Below, in pieces: positions 8,029-17,506 of a stretch of 37,310 nt of DNA. Position 1 is the first letter of the stretch, and each line of letters starts with the position of its first letter. The notes beneath the pieces are model-generated. The model searched no databases, had not been told where the DNA came from, and saw only the letters and a list, made by a program, of their open reading frames with translations. The DNA comes from a virus. Taxonomy: Duplodnaviria; Caudoviricetes. The stretch spans positions 1 to 37,310 of the IMG/VR virus record IMGVR_UViG_3300030330_002505; one strand, given 5' to 3'. The position numbers were made by a program, and so were the translations under genes.

Positions 8029-8395
8029 AAATATCCCTTAATTTATCGGGTAGCTTACCCTGCTTTACCCACTCGTCTGTTTGATATAAACACATGGCAT
8101 TCCAGATCACTGCACTGAGGTGATCTTCATCTTCAAAGCCTTCCATGTATGCCCAAAGATGTCGATAGATTGCATCGATATACCTGCTGTAGAACTGTCC
8201 CTTTTCCCAGTTACGTGAGCCATACTTGTAAGCTCCATCCTCAAACCTTTTACTTGCTGCCTTCAACGCAGCGATGGGCAGTTGGTTAGGAAAACCTTTG
8301 CCTTTCATTGAATCCCTCACCGAACCTGTTTCAAATTCAGTGCGTTCTCCGCTATCTGGTAGTTCATTTACTTTTTCTGTGTTGGTGGTGTCCAT
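8027..8395 (-). CDS. DUF5664 family (dATP/dGTP diphosphohydrolase-like) protein
   Basis: FETGSVRD...KG...LP...GAYKYGSRNWEKG...AIYRHL...EDHLSAVIWNAMCL motifs. Confidence 0.85.
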   Translation of the reverse strand: MDTTNTEKVNELPDSGERTEFETGSVRDSMKGKGFPNQLPIAALKAASKRFEDGAYKYGSRNWEKGQFYSRYIDAIYRHLWAYMEGFEDEDHLSAVIWNAMCLYQTDEWVKQGKLPDKLRDI

Positions 8396-9117
8396 AGTCT
8401 TATTTCTCCTTCTTTTTCGTTATATTCACTGAGGCTTCTCAAGATGTATGAGAGCCTTGCATTTAATAAAGCTTCTTCTTCGTTCTGACCTTTTGATTCA
8501 TACGCATCCACAACAGTCCTCCAGGTTGCGCCATGCTTATCAAGAAGTTTCATTGCAGTCTTTGGGCCTATGCCAGAAGCACCAGAAAACCCATCAACAG
8601 AGTCACCAGAAAGTGTTTGAACTAGGTGATTATAGTCGGCTTCTTCTTTTGTTGTGTAGTTGGTTTCTGCTTTTAAAAAATTAAACCACTCACAATTAAG
8701 AGTGCCAAAGTCCTTGTCTCCACTGACAGCAACCATGTTCTTTTTCCCACAACACATCATGCCAATAACATCATCAGCCTCTAGGTTGTGCTTGTGGTAA
8801 CCATTACGTTTCTTGTAGCACCACTCCTTAACAGCCTTTATACCGAGAGGTTTTCTTTTGCCTTTCCTGTTAGCTTTGTATTCTGGGAAGATGTCATAAC
8901 GAAAGTTACGGCTGTCAGAGAACACCATCTGGTAATCATCGGTATCTGTTTGTGTCTGGATGTAATCAATAGTCTCATCAACAATCGACTTCATCTCGTT
9001 CATGTCTGTCTGTAATGTCCATATGTCATCATCCCATTTGATCTCTTGTTCAGATGCAAAGGCACTTCTCCAGACAACCATGTCTCCATCTATCACTGCT
9101 GTTCTTTTCTCGCTCAT
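8368..9117 (-). CDS. 5'-3' exonuclease (T7 gp6-like)
   Basis: IDGD, YKANRK, LEADDVIG, SGDKD and GDSVDGFSGASGIGPKTA motifs. Confidence 0.95.
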   Translation of the reverse strand: MSEKRTAVIDGDMVVWRSAFASEQEIKWDDDIWTLQTDMNEMKSIVDETIDYIQTQTDTDDYQMVFSDSRNFRYDIFPEYKANRKGKRKPLGIKAVKEWCYKKRNGYHKHNLEADDVIGMMCCGKKNMVAVSGDKDFGTLNCEWFNFLKAETNYTTKEEADYNHLVQTLSGDSVDGFSGASGIGPKTAMKLLDKHGATWRTVVDAYESKGQNEEEALLNARLSYILRSLSEYNEKEGEIRLWTPPTQKK

Positions 9118-9122
9118 AAATA

Positions 9123-10979
9123 TTAGTGTGTCTCCGCCCAGTTGTTACCGATCTTAAAGTCACCATCAATCGGACACTTGATGCCAAGGGTCTTCCCTGC
9201 CTTTTCCATTGCAGCTACAAAAGTTCTTCCAAGATCCTTTGCGTGTTTCTCGTCGCATGAGAACTGAACTTCGTCGTGAACGTTTGCGTGCATCTCGTAG
9301 GGATGTTTAGCCATTAACGCAAACTCGATAAGACTCTGCTTCATTATGACAGCACCACAACTCTGTAACAGGAAGTTGAGTAGTGAGTGTGTTGACCTTG
9401 ATCTAATCACCCTGCCATCGATGCCTGTAAGATGCCCATGTTTTTTTGCGGAAGCTTCAACATCACTTAATAGTTTCTTGAACGCTGGCATCTTAGCCAT
9501 GAAAGAATTTCTTAGTCTCTTTCCTTGTAGTCTTCCTCCACCAACTGACTCACCTAACCTAGTATCACTAGCACCATATATGAGTGAGTAGATAAATGTC
9601 TTAGCCTGATCTCTTGTAGACAACCCAGCAGCATTCTGATTAACTGTATGAATGTCACCTTCTAGGATTTCTCTAACATACTTACCAGAGTCATAAGGAA
9701 ACAGGTAATGTGCAAGACATCTAAGTTCCAGTTGGGATGCATCAGATCCTACAAGAACCTTTCCTTCTGGAGCAATAAACAACTCACGACACTCCTTTCC
9801 GTACTCCGAACGTACCGCAGGAATCTGTCCAAGGTTTGGTGCGTTGTGTGTACACCTTCCAGTAATAGTTCCAGCAGTGTTGACTGACCCATGAATCCTT
9901 CCTTCATCTGTAACAGCATTCAACCAGGCGTGTCTTCCTTCCGCTAACATTCCAAGACGTTTCTGTAACAACAGATACTCAAGAAGTTTAAGAGATTCCT
10001 TTGTGTTTATCTTTCTAAGCACTCCCTCATTTATCTCTGGACGTTTGCCTTCATACGCTGCTGGCTTCCATCCAGCTTCCATAAGTCTTTCAGCAATCTG
10101 ATCTCGGCTTCCTGGGTTAAAGGGAATTGTTTTTGTTTTGTTTCCCATCTTCTCTGCAAGATCACTGATGTTTTGTTTTAGCCCTGCCTTCTTTAGCTGA
10201 CCCTTCAACGCAACCTTAGTTTTGCCAGTGTACTCGATGCCGTCTACTTCAACCTTCCAACCAGTGACACTCTTCATCGTCTCTACCTTTGGAGGGAACA
10301 CCTCTTGCATCTCGTTTTCTATCTCCACCCGACGTACCATAAGTTCCTTTGCAAGCTCCTTGGCTTTATCAACATCAAAAGGAAACCCGTTCATCTCTTG
10401 CACTCTGATAAGCTTTGCAAACTCGTGTTCAAGAACAAGGGACTTAGGGGATGTACTGTTTTCCAGAAGATACTTGTAGAGTGCTAACGTTGTCCTTACA
10501 TCCTGGTTGCAATACCTCTGCATCTCTGGACTAAAGTTCTCCCAGTCTTCATCTTCACCATGTGAATCCTTATGCACACCAATACGAAGACCCCAAGCTT
10601 TGAGTGAGTGAGATCCTCTCAACTTCTTAGGGAAACCTTTATCGTATCCTCTCTTGTCATCTTCATCACCTATGTCAGGGAACAACACCTTTGCCATAAG
10701 CATTGTGTCCACGATTTTGTTAAAGCGTATTCCGTACAATCGATAGAGTGCAGGAGCATCAAAGCCGATGCCATTGTGAAAGCAAACATACTCAGATTCC
10801 TGTAGCATCTTTAAGCCCTCATCAATATTCTCTTTCATTGTATTAAACTCATACAACTCACTTGTTGTAGGGTCTATAACTGTGAAGCAATGCAACCGAT
10901 CAAGACCATCAAGTGTCTGCCAGTTCTTTATTGCGTTCGTTTCTATGTCACTGATTAGGATGTTATATTTGTAACTCAT
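9123..10979 (-). CDS. DNA polymerase family A (T7 gp5-like) with 3'-5' exonuclease
   Basis: Exo motifs DIET, HNGIGFD and YCNQDV; Pol motif A DASQLELR, motif B RDQAKTFIYSLIYG, motif C VHDEVQ. Confidence 0.97.
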   Translation of the reverse strand: MSYKYNILISDIETNAIKNWQTLDGLDRLHCFTVIDPTTSELYEFNTMKENIDEGLKMLQESEYVCFHNGIGFDAPALYRLYGIRFNKIVDTMLMAKVLFPDIGDEDDKRGYDKGFPKKLRGSHSLKAWGLRIGVHKDSHGEDEDWENFSPEMQRYCNQDVRTTLALYKYLLENSTSPKSLVLEHEFAKLIRVQEMNGFPFDVDKAKELAKELMVRRVEIENEMQEVFPPKVETMKSVTGWKVEVDGIEYTGKTKVALKGQLKKAGLKQNISDLAEKMGNKTKTIPFNPGSRDQIAERLMEAGWKPAAYEGKRPEINEGVLRKINTKESLKLLEYLLLQKRLGMLAEGRHAWLNAVTDEGRIHGSVNTAGTITGRCTHNAPNLGQIPAVRSEYGKECRELFIAPEGKVLVGSDASQLELRCLAHYLFPYDSGKYVREILEGDIHTVNQNAAGLSTRDQAKTFIYSLIYGASDTRLGESVGGGRLQGKRLRNSFMAKMPAFKKLLSDVEASAKKHGHLTGIDGRVIRSRSTHSLLNFLLQSCGAVIMKQSLIEFALMAKHPYEMHANVHDEVQFSCDEKHAKDLGRTFVAAMEKAGKTLGIKCPIDGDFKIGNNWAETH

Positions 10980-10989
10980 GGTAATAATA

Positions 10990-12603
10990 TTAAAATTCTT
11001 CTGATATTTCTGTTTCGGTTAACCTTCCTGTTCTTTGGCAGTACTCAAGGTGACTGCAAAGTCCTGTTTCCCCACTGAACCTGTTCTTCAAAACAGATAG
11101 CTTTGTTGTATTTTTATCTTCACCTTGAAGATCCCTGGAAAGGGCTATGCAAATGTCGCTTAGTTGACTGAGGGCTTGGCTGCCCCTAAGTGCTGATAGG
11201 TTAGGCATGATTCCGTCTTCGTACCCTCGGTTCCCTTCTGGTCGCTTTAGGTGGCTAACAAGTATAAGTGCAAAGTTACATTCCTCAACAAGTGTTCTTA
11301 GTTTTGTCATTAAAACATCAATAGCTCTTCTTTCATTGCCCATCTCTGACTCACTCATTCCACTCACTACAATCGAGATGTGATCGAGAACCACGTACTC
11401 AACTCCAAGTGCCTTTACTAAATAACGAATGTGCGAAAGTAACTGATCGGTATTAAGAGAACCCCAGTGGTCGTAGAGAAAGAACCTTCCAGAGCCAACA
11501 GTTTTCTTGAAGGCTGATCTGTACTTGTCATCAACAACAAACTCATCAAGGTGCAATAGCTTTCCTAGCTCAAGTCCAAGAACACCTTGTGCAGATCGCT
11601 CAATGTTTTCTTCGAGGGCTATGTAGCCTACCTTCTTATCTTTTGTTTGAGTGAGTAGATGATGAGCAATCTGCCTACAGACTTGCGATTTTCCAACACC
11701 ACTTCCTGCACAGAACAGAGAAATTTCACCCTTGCGAATGCCCTTTGTTTTTTCCGTAAGTCCTTTGAAGGGATACGGAACTGAATCATTCTTTTTAACT
11801 GTGGAGATACGTTCAAATAAATCAGCACCATCAATGATGTTTGTTGGACTCCACTTCTTCGCATCAAACATGGCCCTAACAACATCCTGTGCTTTGCCTT
11901 GCATCAATAACTCATTAGGATCTTTTCCAGGAAGCTTTGCTATGAGTGCTTTTCCAGGAGGAAGAATACCAACACACTCACTCATTGCCTTCTGTCCTGG
12001 CTCGTCCATGTCAAACATGATGACTACTTCGTCAAACAATTCTAACCACTTTAGGTTCTTCTTAAAGACTCCCTTGGCACTGTTAGTTCCTGATGGAATT
12101 GAGATGCAGGGATATTTGTTAGACCCCAGTTGGCTGACTGTTAGGCAATCAATCTCGCCCTCACATATAATTAACTTCTTGCCTCCGTTAGGCCACAAAT
12201 GCTGACCAAAGAAACAATCAGTTATGTTCCCCTTTATCTCAAAGTTTTTGTCTTTGTCTCTTATCTTCTGACCAACTAACTCACCTTCAAAGTTTCTGTA
12301 GTTGGCTATATGAACTCTCTCTCCCTTGTAGTCACCAACGTAGTAACCATACTTCTTACAGGTATCGAGGTGTATCCCTCTAGGAGCTATGGGTAACAAA
12401 TCCCCATATAAAAAATTATCGTTTTCTTTTCTTTTCGTTTTCACTTCTAATATTGGTTTGGTTGTTTCGGTTTTAGCAGGAGTGTACTTCCCACAACTAA
12501 AACACTTAGTGCTTCCGTTTTCATTTACACACAAAGCATCACTGCTGTCGCAATCAGGACAGGGTAAATGTGTTTCTATGAATCCTGCGTCATTGTTGTC
12601 CAT
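10990..12603 (-). CDS. Primase-helicase (T7 gp4-like)
   Basis: Zn ribbon CPDC..CFSC, TOPRIM EGEID/FDMD, Walker A AGSGVGKS, LDHISI, LRGS, KNRFSGETG. Confidence 0.97.
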   Translation of the reverse strand: MDNNDAGFIETHLPCPDCDSSDALCVNENGSTKCFSCGKYTPAKTETTKPILEVKTKRKENDNFLYGDLLPIAPRGIHLDTCKKYGYYVGDYKGERVHIANYRNFEGELVGQKIRDKDKNFEIKGNITDCFFGQHLWPNGGKKLIICEGEIDCLTVSQLGSNKYPCISIPSGTNSAKGVFKKNLKWLELFDEVVIMFDMDEPGQKAMSECVGILPPGKALIAKLPGKDPNELLMQGKAQDVVRAMFDAKKWSPTNIIDGADLFERISTVKKNDSVPYPFKGLTEKTKGIRKGEISLFCAGSGVGKSQVCRQIAHHLLTQTKDKKVGYIALEENIERSAQGVLGLELGKLLHLDEFVVDDKYRSAFKKTVGSGRFFLYDHWGSLNTDQLLSHIRYLVKALGVEYVVLDHISIVVSGMSESEMGNERRAIDVLMTKLRTLVEECNFALILVSHLKRPEGNRGYEDGIMPNLSALRGSQALSQLSDICIALSRDLQGEDKNTTKLSVLKNRFSGETGLCSHLEYCQRTGRLTETEISEEF

Positions 12604-12974
12604 TCAGTCGGTATCCTTTTATGACACCACATAAAGCCATGCCTATCGCACCACTTTGCGTATGTCGTGTTACTGTTTTTTGTGAGTCGGTTATATGCGT
12701 TTTGGAAAAGGAATCTGATATCGTAATTGGTCTGTTCAGCAATTAAAATATGCTTAGTCCTATCACTCGGCTTGAAAAACCCCTTGGCTTCTATGATAAC
12801 ACCATTAGGAAAAATAAAGTCAGGGGTATACGTTGCCAGCTTGGTGTAACTGATCTTCAAAGTTTCGTACTCAAATTCAACCCCCTCCCGTTTAAGGGAG
12901 AGGGCTGTATCTTTTTCAAACTTAGAACGGAACTGCACTCGACGATGTTTCACTCGCTTCTTCGCTCTCTTCAT
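12576..12974 (-). CDS. Endonuclease I / Holliday junction resolvase (T7 gp3-like)
   Basis: FRSKFE, YTPDF, IIEAKG, DRTKH, DIRFLFQ and TTYAKWC motifs. Start moved to ATG 12974 because the upstream extension lies inside the SSB gene. Confidence 0.93.
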   Translation of the reverse strand: MKRAKKRVKHRRVQFRSKFEKDTALSLKREGVEFEYETLKISYTKLATYTPDFIFPNGVIIEAKGFFKPSDRTKHILIAEQTNYDIRFLFQNAYNRLTKNSNTTYAKWCDRHGFMWCHKRIPTEWTTMTQDS

Positions 12975-13548
12975 CACTTTCTTCTTGTTCGGTGTCTTCA
13001 GCAACAAAGCCCCCTTTGACTTGATCAAAACCAAAAGACTCTGCATTGTCTCCACCACCTCCACTGTACTCAACCAACTCAACAACCTGGACTGCACGTA
13101 GTCTAAGACTGTACCCAAAACCAAGGGCAGGAACATACCAAGTTGCAAGCTCAACACTCATTCTAACTTGTGAGCCACTGCCAACATTTGTATCTGCTGG
13201 AAGCTTGTTGCCTTGACTATCATAGATGCCAATAGAAAAGGTTCTCTCACCTTTGGCAGTCTGCTTCTTTGCTACCTGCTTTGCGTAGATCTCGTTGTCA
13301 CCATCATCAGTGATACGAATAGGAGGCGTGTTGAATTGCTTCAACTTTTTCTTGCCTTGTTTGACAAGCTCTTCCTTGTAGGCCTGCTCTACAAGTTTAT
13401 CTACATTTGCAGCGAACTCATTGAATATGCCCTCATCATCAATGTGAATCTTGCAGGAGTATTGTCCGTTCTCATCCCATTTATAGTCGGGTTGTAACTT
13501 CGGATAGAATGCCTTTCCGATTGGTGTGGTTAGTTTATGTATTTTCAT
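12922..13548 (-). CDS. ssb: Single-stranded DNA-binding protein (T7 gp2.5-like)
   Basis: TTPIGKAFYPKL.PD, GYSLRLRAVQVVELVEY, and an acidic tail ending in Phe. Confidence 0.93.
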   Translation of the reverse strand: MKIHKLTTPIGKAFYPKLQPDYKWDENGQYSCKIHIDDEGIFNEFAANVDKLVEQAYKEELVKQGKKKLKQFNTPPIRITDDGDNEIYAKQVAKKQTAKGERTFSIGIYDSQGNKLPADTNVGSGSQVRMSVELATWYVPALGFGYSLRLRAVQVVELVEYSGGGGDNAESFGFDQVKGGFVAEDTEQEESDEESEEASETSSSAVPF

Positions 13549-13605
13549 TTTCTATTTTTTCTTTCTATTTTTATTTATGTTTATTTATTTCTTTAAGTTT
13601 TCCTT

Positions 13606-16020
13606 TTAGGAAAAGAAGTACGGACTATCTCGTATCAATGAGATGTCGGCTGAACCATACTCAGGTGGCTCTGGAAATTCTAAGTCAGGGTTTTGTTCTC
13701 TTATCTCACTCAACCACTCACGCAATAAATCAGGAGTAAACATCTTGACTGCTTCAGATCTAATAGTGTCTGCAAGTAACTGTGCTTTGTTTGAGTGAGT
13801 TCCAAATGAGTCATGGATCATACAGAAATCATACAAACCAAGCTTGTTACTTTCGCATACAACCTTGTGCAACAAAGCTGAGTCATATGAGTGAATTGTA
13901 TTTGGACTTACGCCATTCTTTTGTTTTACAACACTCAATGTATTGGTACTGTCCTGAAAGTTTACATGAATCGCTTGTCCTGTAATCCAAGTGCTAATCT
14001 TGTTCTCTTTAATTTTTTTGTAGTCCTGTTTTACAATGAAACCACTAGGTGTTGTCCATTGAAGTGGTCTTCCCTCTCCACTAACAATTTGTGCAACCTC
14101 AACAAACCAGTCCATGCACTGCTTCGGAAGATCAAGGATCTCCTCAATAGCTCTCCATACATTCGATGAAAGATAATGTATTGCCTTGTAGTATTCCTTT
14201 TCACAAAAGGGACTTGGACAATCATCTCCATGTATCTTGTCTTCAAACCAATCAAGAACATACTGCCTACATGAGTACTCCGTAAGCCCATAAGCTTTTG
14301 TCATTGTTGGACGTTTTAGACAGTTCCTATCAATGCCATAATCCAACCAGGCTTGAGCAAAAGGATGTCCCTTCTTTGCATCTTCACTCATGTAGGATTC
14401 ACAACGCAACCTTGCAGTGGTATAGATGTCAGCAGGAATGTCTTCATCGTTTGGCGTTACGTTAGTTGCTGCACATCCATACTCACATCTTGTAAGAATA
14501 GACAACAACTGTAGTCCATTGTTTGTTGCATCCATCATCACTGGAATCTTTGTTTTAAGTTTTCCTTTTTCAAGAAACACTCTCCACTCAAAACAAAAGG
14601 CTAAAAAACTAAAAGGTGCATCAGCTTGTATCCACCTCAAGTCACCTATGGGATCGATAGCAATAGACTTAATCATGTCGGCATTATCGTATGCCCACTG
14701 CTCTCGATCAGTTAAAGATACCTTGTCGTTGCCATAGGAATTAGATCCATGTATTGCAAGCCATCTAGCTTCCTCTTTGTTGCGTATCTTTTCTTCTCTC
14801 CAAAACTGTAACAACCCCCTAGATAAATCATTGCCCATAGGATTACAAAATGATGGGGCATAATAAACACGCCCTCTGAAGTCCACATTGCATGGTAAAA
14901 AAATTCTCTCTCCTGCAAACTTTTCTGCAAGGTACACAACCTTTGTAGTCAACATCCTCTTAGATCTTGTTGATAAATTTCTTCGGTGTATCTTGCTGGC
15001 TACTTTGGCCCATGCGTTTCTTGAGTCCCTGTTTTCATTGGCATCAATAGGAAAAGGAGGAAGCTCTTCATCTTCTTTGGAAGGCAATCCCTCGACCTCA
15101 ACGTTGTTGTCCCATGCCCATAATATAACTGCCAACACATTCTGATTGACCTCCCAAGGCGTACGCTGAATAAGGTTAACAGCATTCATTGGAACCTCTA
15201 ATTTCTTTGGGTCAATAGATCGCAGGAATTTTTTATCGTAGCTTTTAATAAATGGAAAGTCAGGAAGAAACCCATCTTCTTCACTTGCTTTGTAACCCCC
15301 ATCCCAAACATTCTCCCAGTTTTCTGGAGGGTCAATCATGGGCATCCAAAAAGGATCGAGTAAACTATGATGAGTGTTGAAGTTCTCTAACCAATCAAGA
15401 GTTTCTTTTGTGGCTGCAACAAATCTTATAAGCTTTCCTCTTGCGTGTTTTTTAATATAAAGATATTCAATCAGTCCTGTGGACACACGCAACAACTCAA
15501 CCAAATTAAGACCACAAGATAACCTGTCTCTCTTAGCCCAGTGATCGAAGTTCTTCATGCCCTCCTTCTTTTCTTCGTTCCTCATGGACAACTGAATGTG
15601 CCTGTACTGACTAGCCTTGGATCTTGTCTTGGCTCCCTTGATAATTCCTTTACCTTTTGGGTTGGTCTTAACAAGGTAGGTACACATAACCTCTCGCTCA
15701 ATATGCTTGCCAACCGCATAGGCTAAGGATGCTAAAGATTTCTTTTTAGGCAACTCATCCAGCACCACCTTGAAACATATGAATGCAGCTTTCTTTGCAT
15801 CATACTTTCTAAGATCCTCCTGCCACCTTGTCGGTCTTCCTGGGCCTTTCTTGAGTAGTTGTCTTACTCTCTTGTGGAACTCAGGTAACAACTCACGCAT
15901 TATACGTTGCCCTGCTTTGCTTCTTGAAATTTCATCATGTTCTCTCGCACTCTCCCACTGCGCATTGAAACGTCCTACGCCTATCTCAGACATCTCTTTG
16001 TTGAGTTCACTTTGATCCAT
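13606..16020 (-). CDS. Single-subunit DNA-directed RNA polymerase (T7 gp1-like)
   Basis: DFRGRVY, motif A DATNNGLQ, motif B RNCLKRPTMTKAYG, PNTIHSYD, motif C IHDSFGTH, C-terminal YFFS. Confidence 0.98.
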   Translation of the reverse strand: MDQSELNKEMSEIGVGRFNAQWESAREHDEISRSKAGQRIMRELLPEFHKRVRQLLKKGPGRPTRWQEDLRKYDAKKAAFICFKVVLDELPKKKSLASLAYAVGKHIEREVMCTYLVKTNPKGKGIIKGAKTRSKASQYRHIQLSMRNEEKKEGMKNFDHWAKRDRLSCGLNLVELLRVSTGLIEYLYIKKHARGKLIRFVAATKETLDWLENFNTHHSLLDPFWMPMIDPPENWENVWDGGYKASEEDGFLPDFPFIKSYDKKFLRSIDPKKLEVPMNAVNLIQRTPWEVNQNVLAVILWAWDNNVEVEGLPSKEDEELPPFPIDANENRDSRNAWAKVASKIHRRNLSTRSKRMLTTKVVYLAEKFAGERIFLPCNVDFRGRVYYAPSFCNPMGNDLSRGLLQFWREEKIRNKEEARWLAIHGSNSYGNDKVSLTDREQWAYDNADMIKSIAIDPIGDLRWIQADAPFSFLAFCFEWRVFLEKGKLKTKIPVMMDATNNGLQLLSILTRCEYGCAATNVTPNDEDIPADIYTTARLRCESYMSEDAKKGHPFAQAWLDYGIDRNCLKRPTMTKAYGLTEYSCRQYVLDWFEDKIHGDDCPSPFCEKEYYKAIHYLSSNVWRAIEEILDLPKQCMDWFVEVAQIVSGEGRPLQWTTPSGFIVKQDYKKIKENKISTWITGQAIHVNFQDSTNTLSVVKQKNGVSPNTIHSYDSALLHKVVCESNKLGLYDFCMIHDSFGTHSNKAQLLADTIRSEAVKMFTPDLLREWLSEIREQNPDLEFPEPPEYGSADISLIRDSPYFFS

Positions 16021-16034
16021 AATTTTATTAGATT

Positions 16035-16296
16035 TATGTCAGGAATTTGTCAGTTACAAAGACTTTCCAAAGACCATAAATTCACGTTTGTCGGCTGACA
16101 AAGCGTTGCAGGGCTTGAGTTTGATGAGTTGTTTAAAGAATGCGGAGAACCTAAATCTGGCGAGTCTACCAATTTCTCCACAGCCGCATTTAACTTGTAT
16201 CCCTTTTCGACCATACATCTAAGCTAGTTTTTCTCCCTTCTTTTCCTTACCAGAATTGTCAGCATATTCAGACAAATTTGTCACCTTTTTGTCAGG
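16035..16296. promoter_or_regulatory. attP region with candidate integrase arm-type sites (TTTGTCA-like repeats)
   Basis: Left of the core: TATGTCAGG 16035, TTTGTCAGT 16046, TTTGTCGGCTGACAAA 16087-16102. Right of the core: ATTGTCAGC 16255, GACAAATTTGTC 16271-16282, TTTGTCAGG 16288. Confidence 0.7.
16146..16187 (-). other. attP core: 5' half of a tRNA-Leu(TAG) gene (42 bp; not a complete tRNA)
   Basis: Minus strand GCGGCTGTGGAGAAATTGGTAGACTCGCCAGATTTAGGTTCT: acceptor 5' strand, D-arm with TGGTAGA, anticodon stem CCAGA and loop TTTAGGT; tRNA-like sequence then stops; about 30 bp downstream of the integrase stop. Confidence 0.88.
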
Positions 16297-17337
16297 ATAC
16301 TCCAGAGCATTGTCTAAAGCGCAAAGTGCTTGCCTTAAATTATGTGGCGCAAGCTTGGCGTACCTCATCGATTGCTCCAAAGATTTATGCCCTAACATCT
16401 GCTGTACCAAAGGAATTGAACCAGTTGCCTGTATGATCCTTGAAGCACAAGTATGCCTTGTTAAATAAAAGACAAAGTTTTTGTCAGTCGTTCTGTTCAT
16501 GTGTTCTCGCACCTTATCCCACACTGATCTAATCCTTTCCTTAGTCCAATACTTCCACAAATATTCTCTATGTGCGTTGTTTTTGTACGCCAACAAAGCT
16601 CTTCGAGTCAACGGAACAGTTCTTTGTTCTCCGTTTTTTGTATGAAACAAATCAACAACATACCCTAACTGCTCATCCCTACGAATATGATGTGGCTTTA
16701 TGTGCCTTGACTCAATAGGTCTACAACCAGTGTCTATCTGCCAGGAAAAGAAATCCGTAAAATAATCTTCACCTTGCTCTTCCAAATAACTCAATATATC
16801 AATCTCTTCTTCTTTGGAAAAGAAAACCAATCTCTCATTCTTTACCTTTATCTTCGGAAACGTTGGCTTCTTGTCAAGATACCCACGCTCAACACAATAC
16901 GTCATAGCAGTACTAAGTGATGCCAACTTTAACTTGATGGTTGCTGGAGCATTACCCGAATGCCTACAGTCCTCAACAAAATCATCAATCATTATTGTGG
17001 TGATGTTAGAAATCTTGCAGTTATGCCCGAATGCATTCTCAAACATCTTTGAGTGACTAAACCCGTTGTCCCAGTTTGGTAAGCCTTTCCACTTTCTTTC
17101 CAGGACAAGATCAAACATTTCCCTAACAGTCATACTATTGGTTCCTGTTTCCTTTTTAACAGTCTTTACTCCCTCAACCTCTAAACCATATTTTAATCGT
17201 CCACGGCTCTCATACTCCCAATTAGATGCTGCCTTTTCATCCTTAAAATATTGTCTGTATCTTTGCCCCTTAAACATGAAATCTGCTAAATATGATACGA
17301 TTTCACCCCTTTTGTTATATTGAGGTCTTGTTGCCAT
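16219..17337 (-). CDS. int: Tyrosine recombinase / phage integrase
   Basis: Catalytic residues TGCRPIE (R), TKNG (K), YLTRH (HxxR with His replaced by Tyr), LGH and MRYA (Y); adjacent to the tRNA-derived attP. Confidence 0.95.
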   Translation of the reverse strand: MATRPQYNKRGEIVSYLADFMFKGQRYRQYFKDEKAASNWEYESRGRLKYGLEVEGVKTVKKETGTNSMTVREMFDLVLERKWKGLPNWDNGFSHSKMFENAFGHNCKISNITTIMIDDFVEDCRHSGNAPATIKLKLASLSTAMTYCVERGYLDKKPTFPKIKVKNERLVFFSKEEEIDILSYLEEQGEDYFTDFFSWQIDTGCRPIESRHIKPHHIRRDEQLGYVVDLFHTKNGEQRTVPLTRRALLAYKNNAHREYLWKYWTKERIRSVWDKVREHMNRTTDKNFVFYLTRHTCASRIIQATGSIPLVQQMLGHKSLEQSMRYAKLAPHNLRQALCALDNALEYPDKKVTNLSEYADNSGKEKKGEKLA

Positions 17338-17506
17338 TCTCCTTACTCCTTTCGGTAAATGTTGCTAGGTTATATCTATTCGTTTTTTTTTTAGGTTTTA
17401 AAAGTGAGGACAAGGAATGAAAACGAACTAAACGTTCCTTGCCCCCACTAATTTAACCTAACACCAAATGACAAGCGACCCTACCAAAGAGACTCCACTA
17501 TAAAGT

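Noticed and set aside
8027-8395. Z-genome (2-aminoadenine) pathway suggested by DUF5664
   Set aside because: No purZ-like or datZ-like gene is visible, and DUF5664 alone is common in T7-like phages
12975-13157. N-terminal extension of endonuclease I
   Set aside because: It lies wholly within the SSB gene in another frame; homology starts near FRSKFE
16110-16187. Complete phage-encoded tRNA-Leu
   Set aside because: Similarity ends within the 3' anticodon stem; there is no variable arm, T-arm (GTTCGA) or acceptor 3' strand
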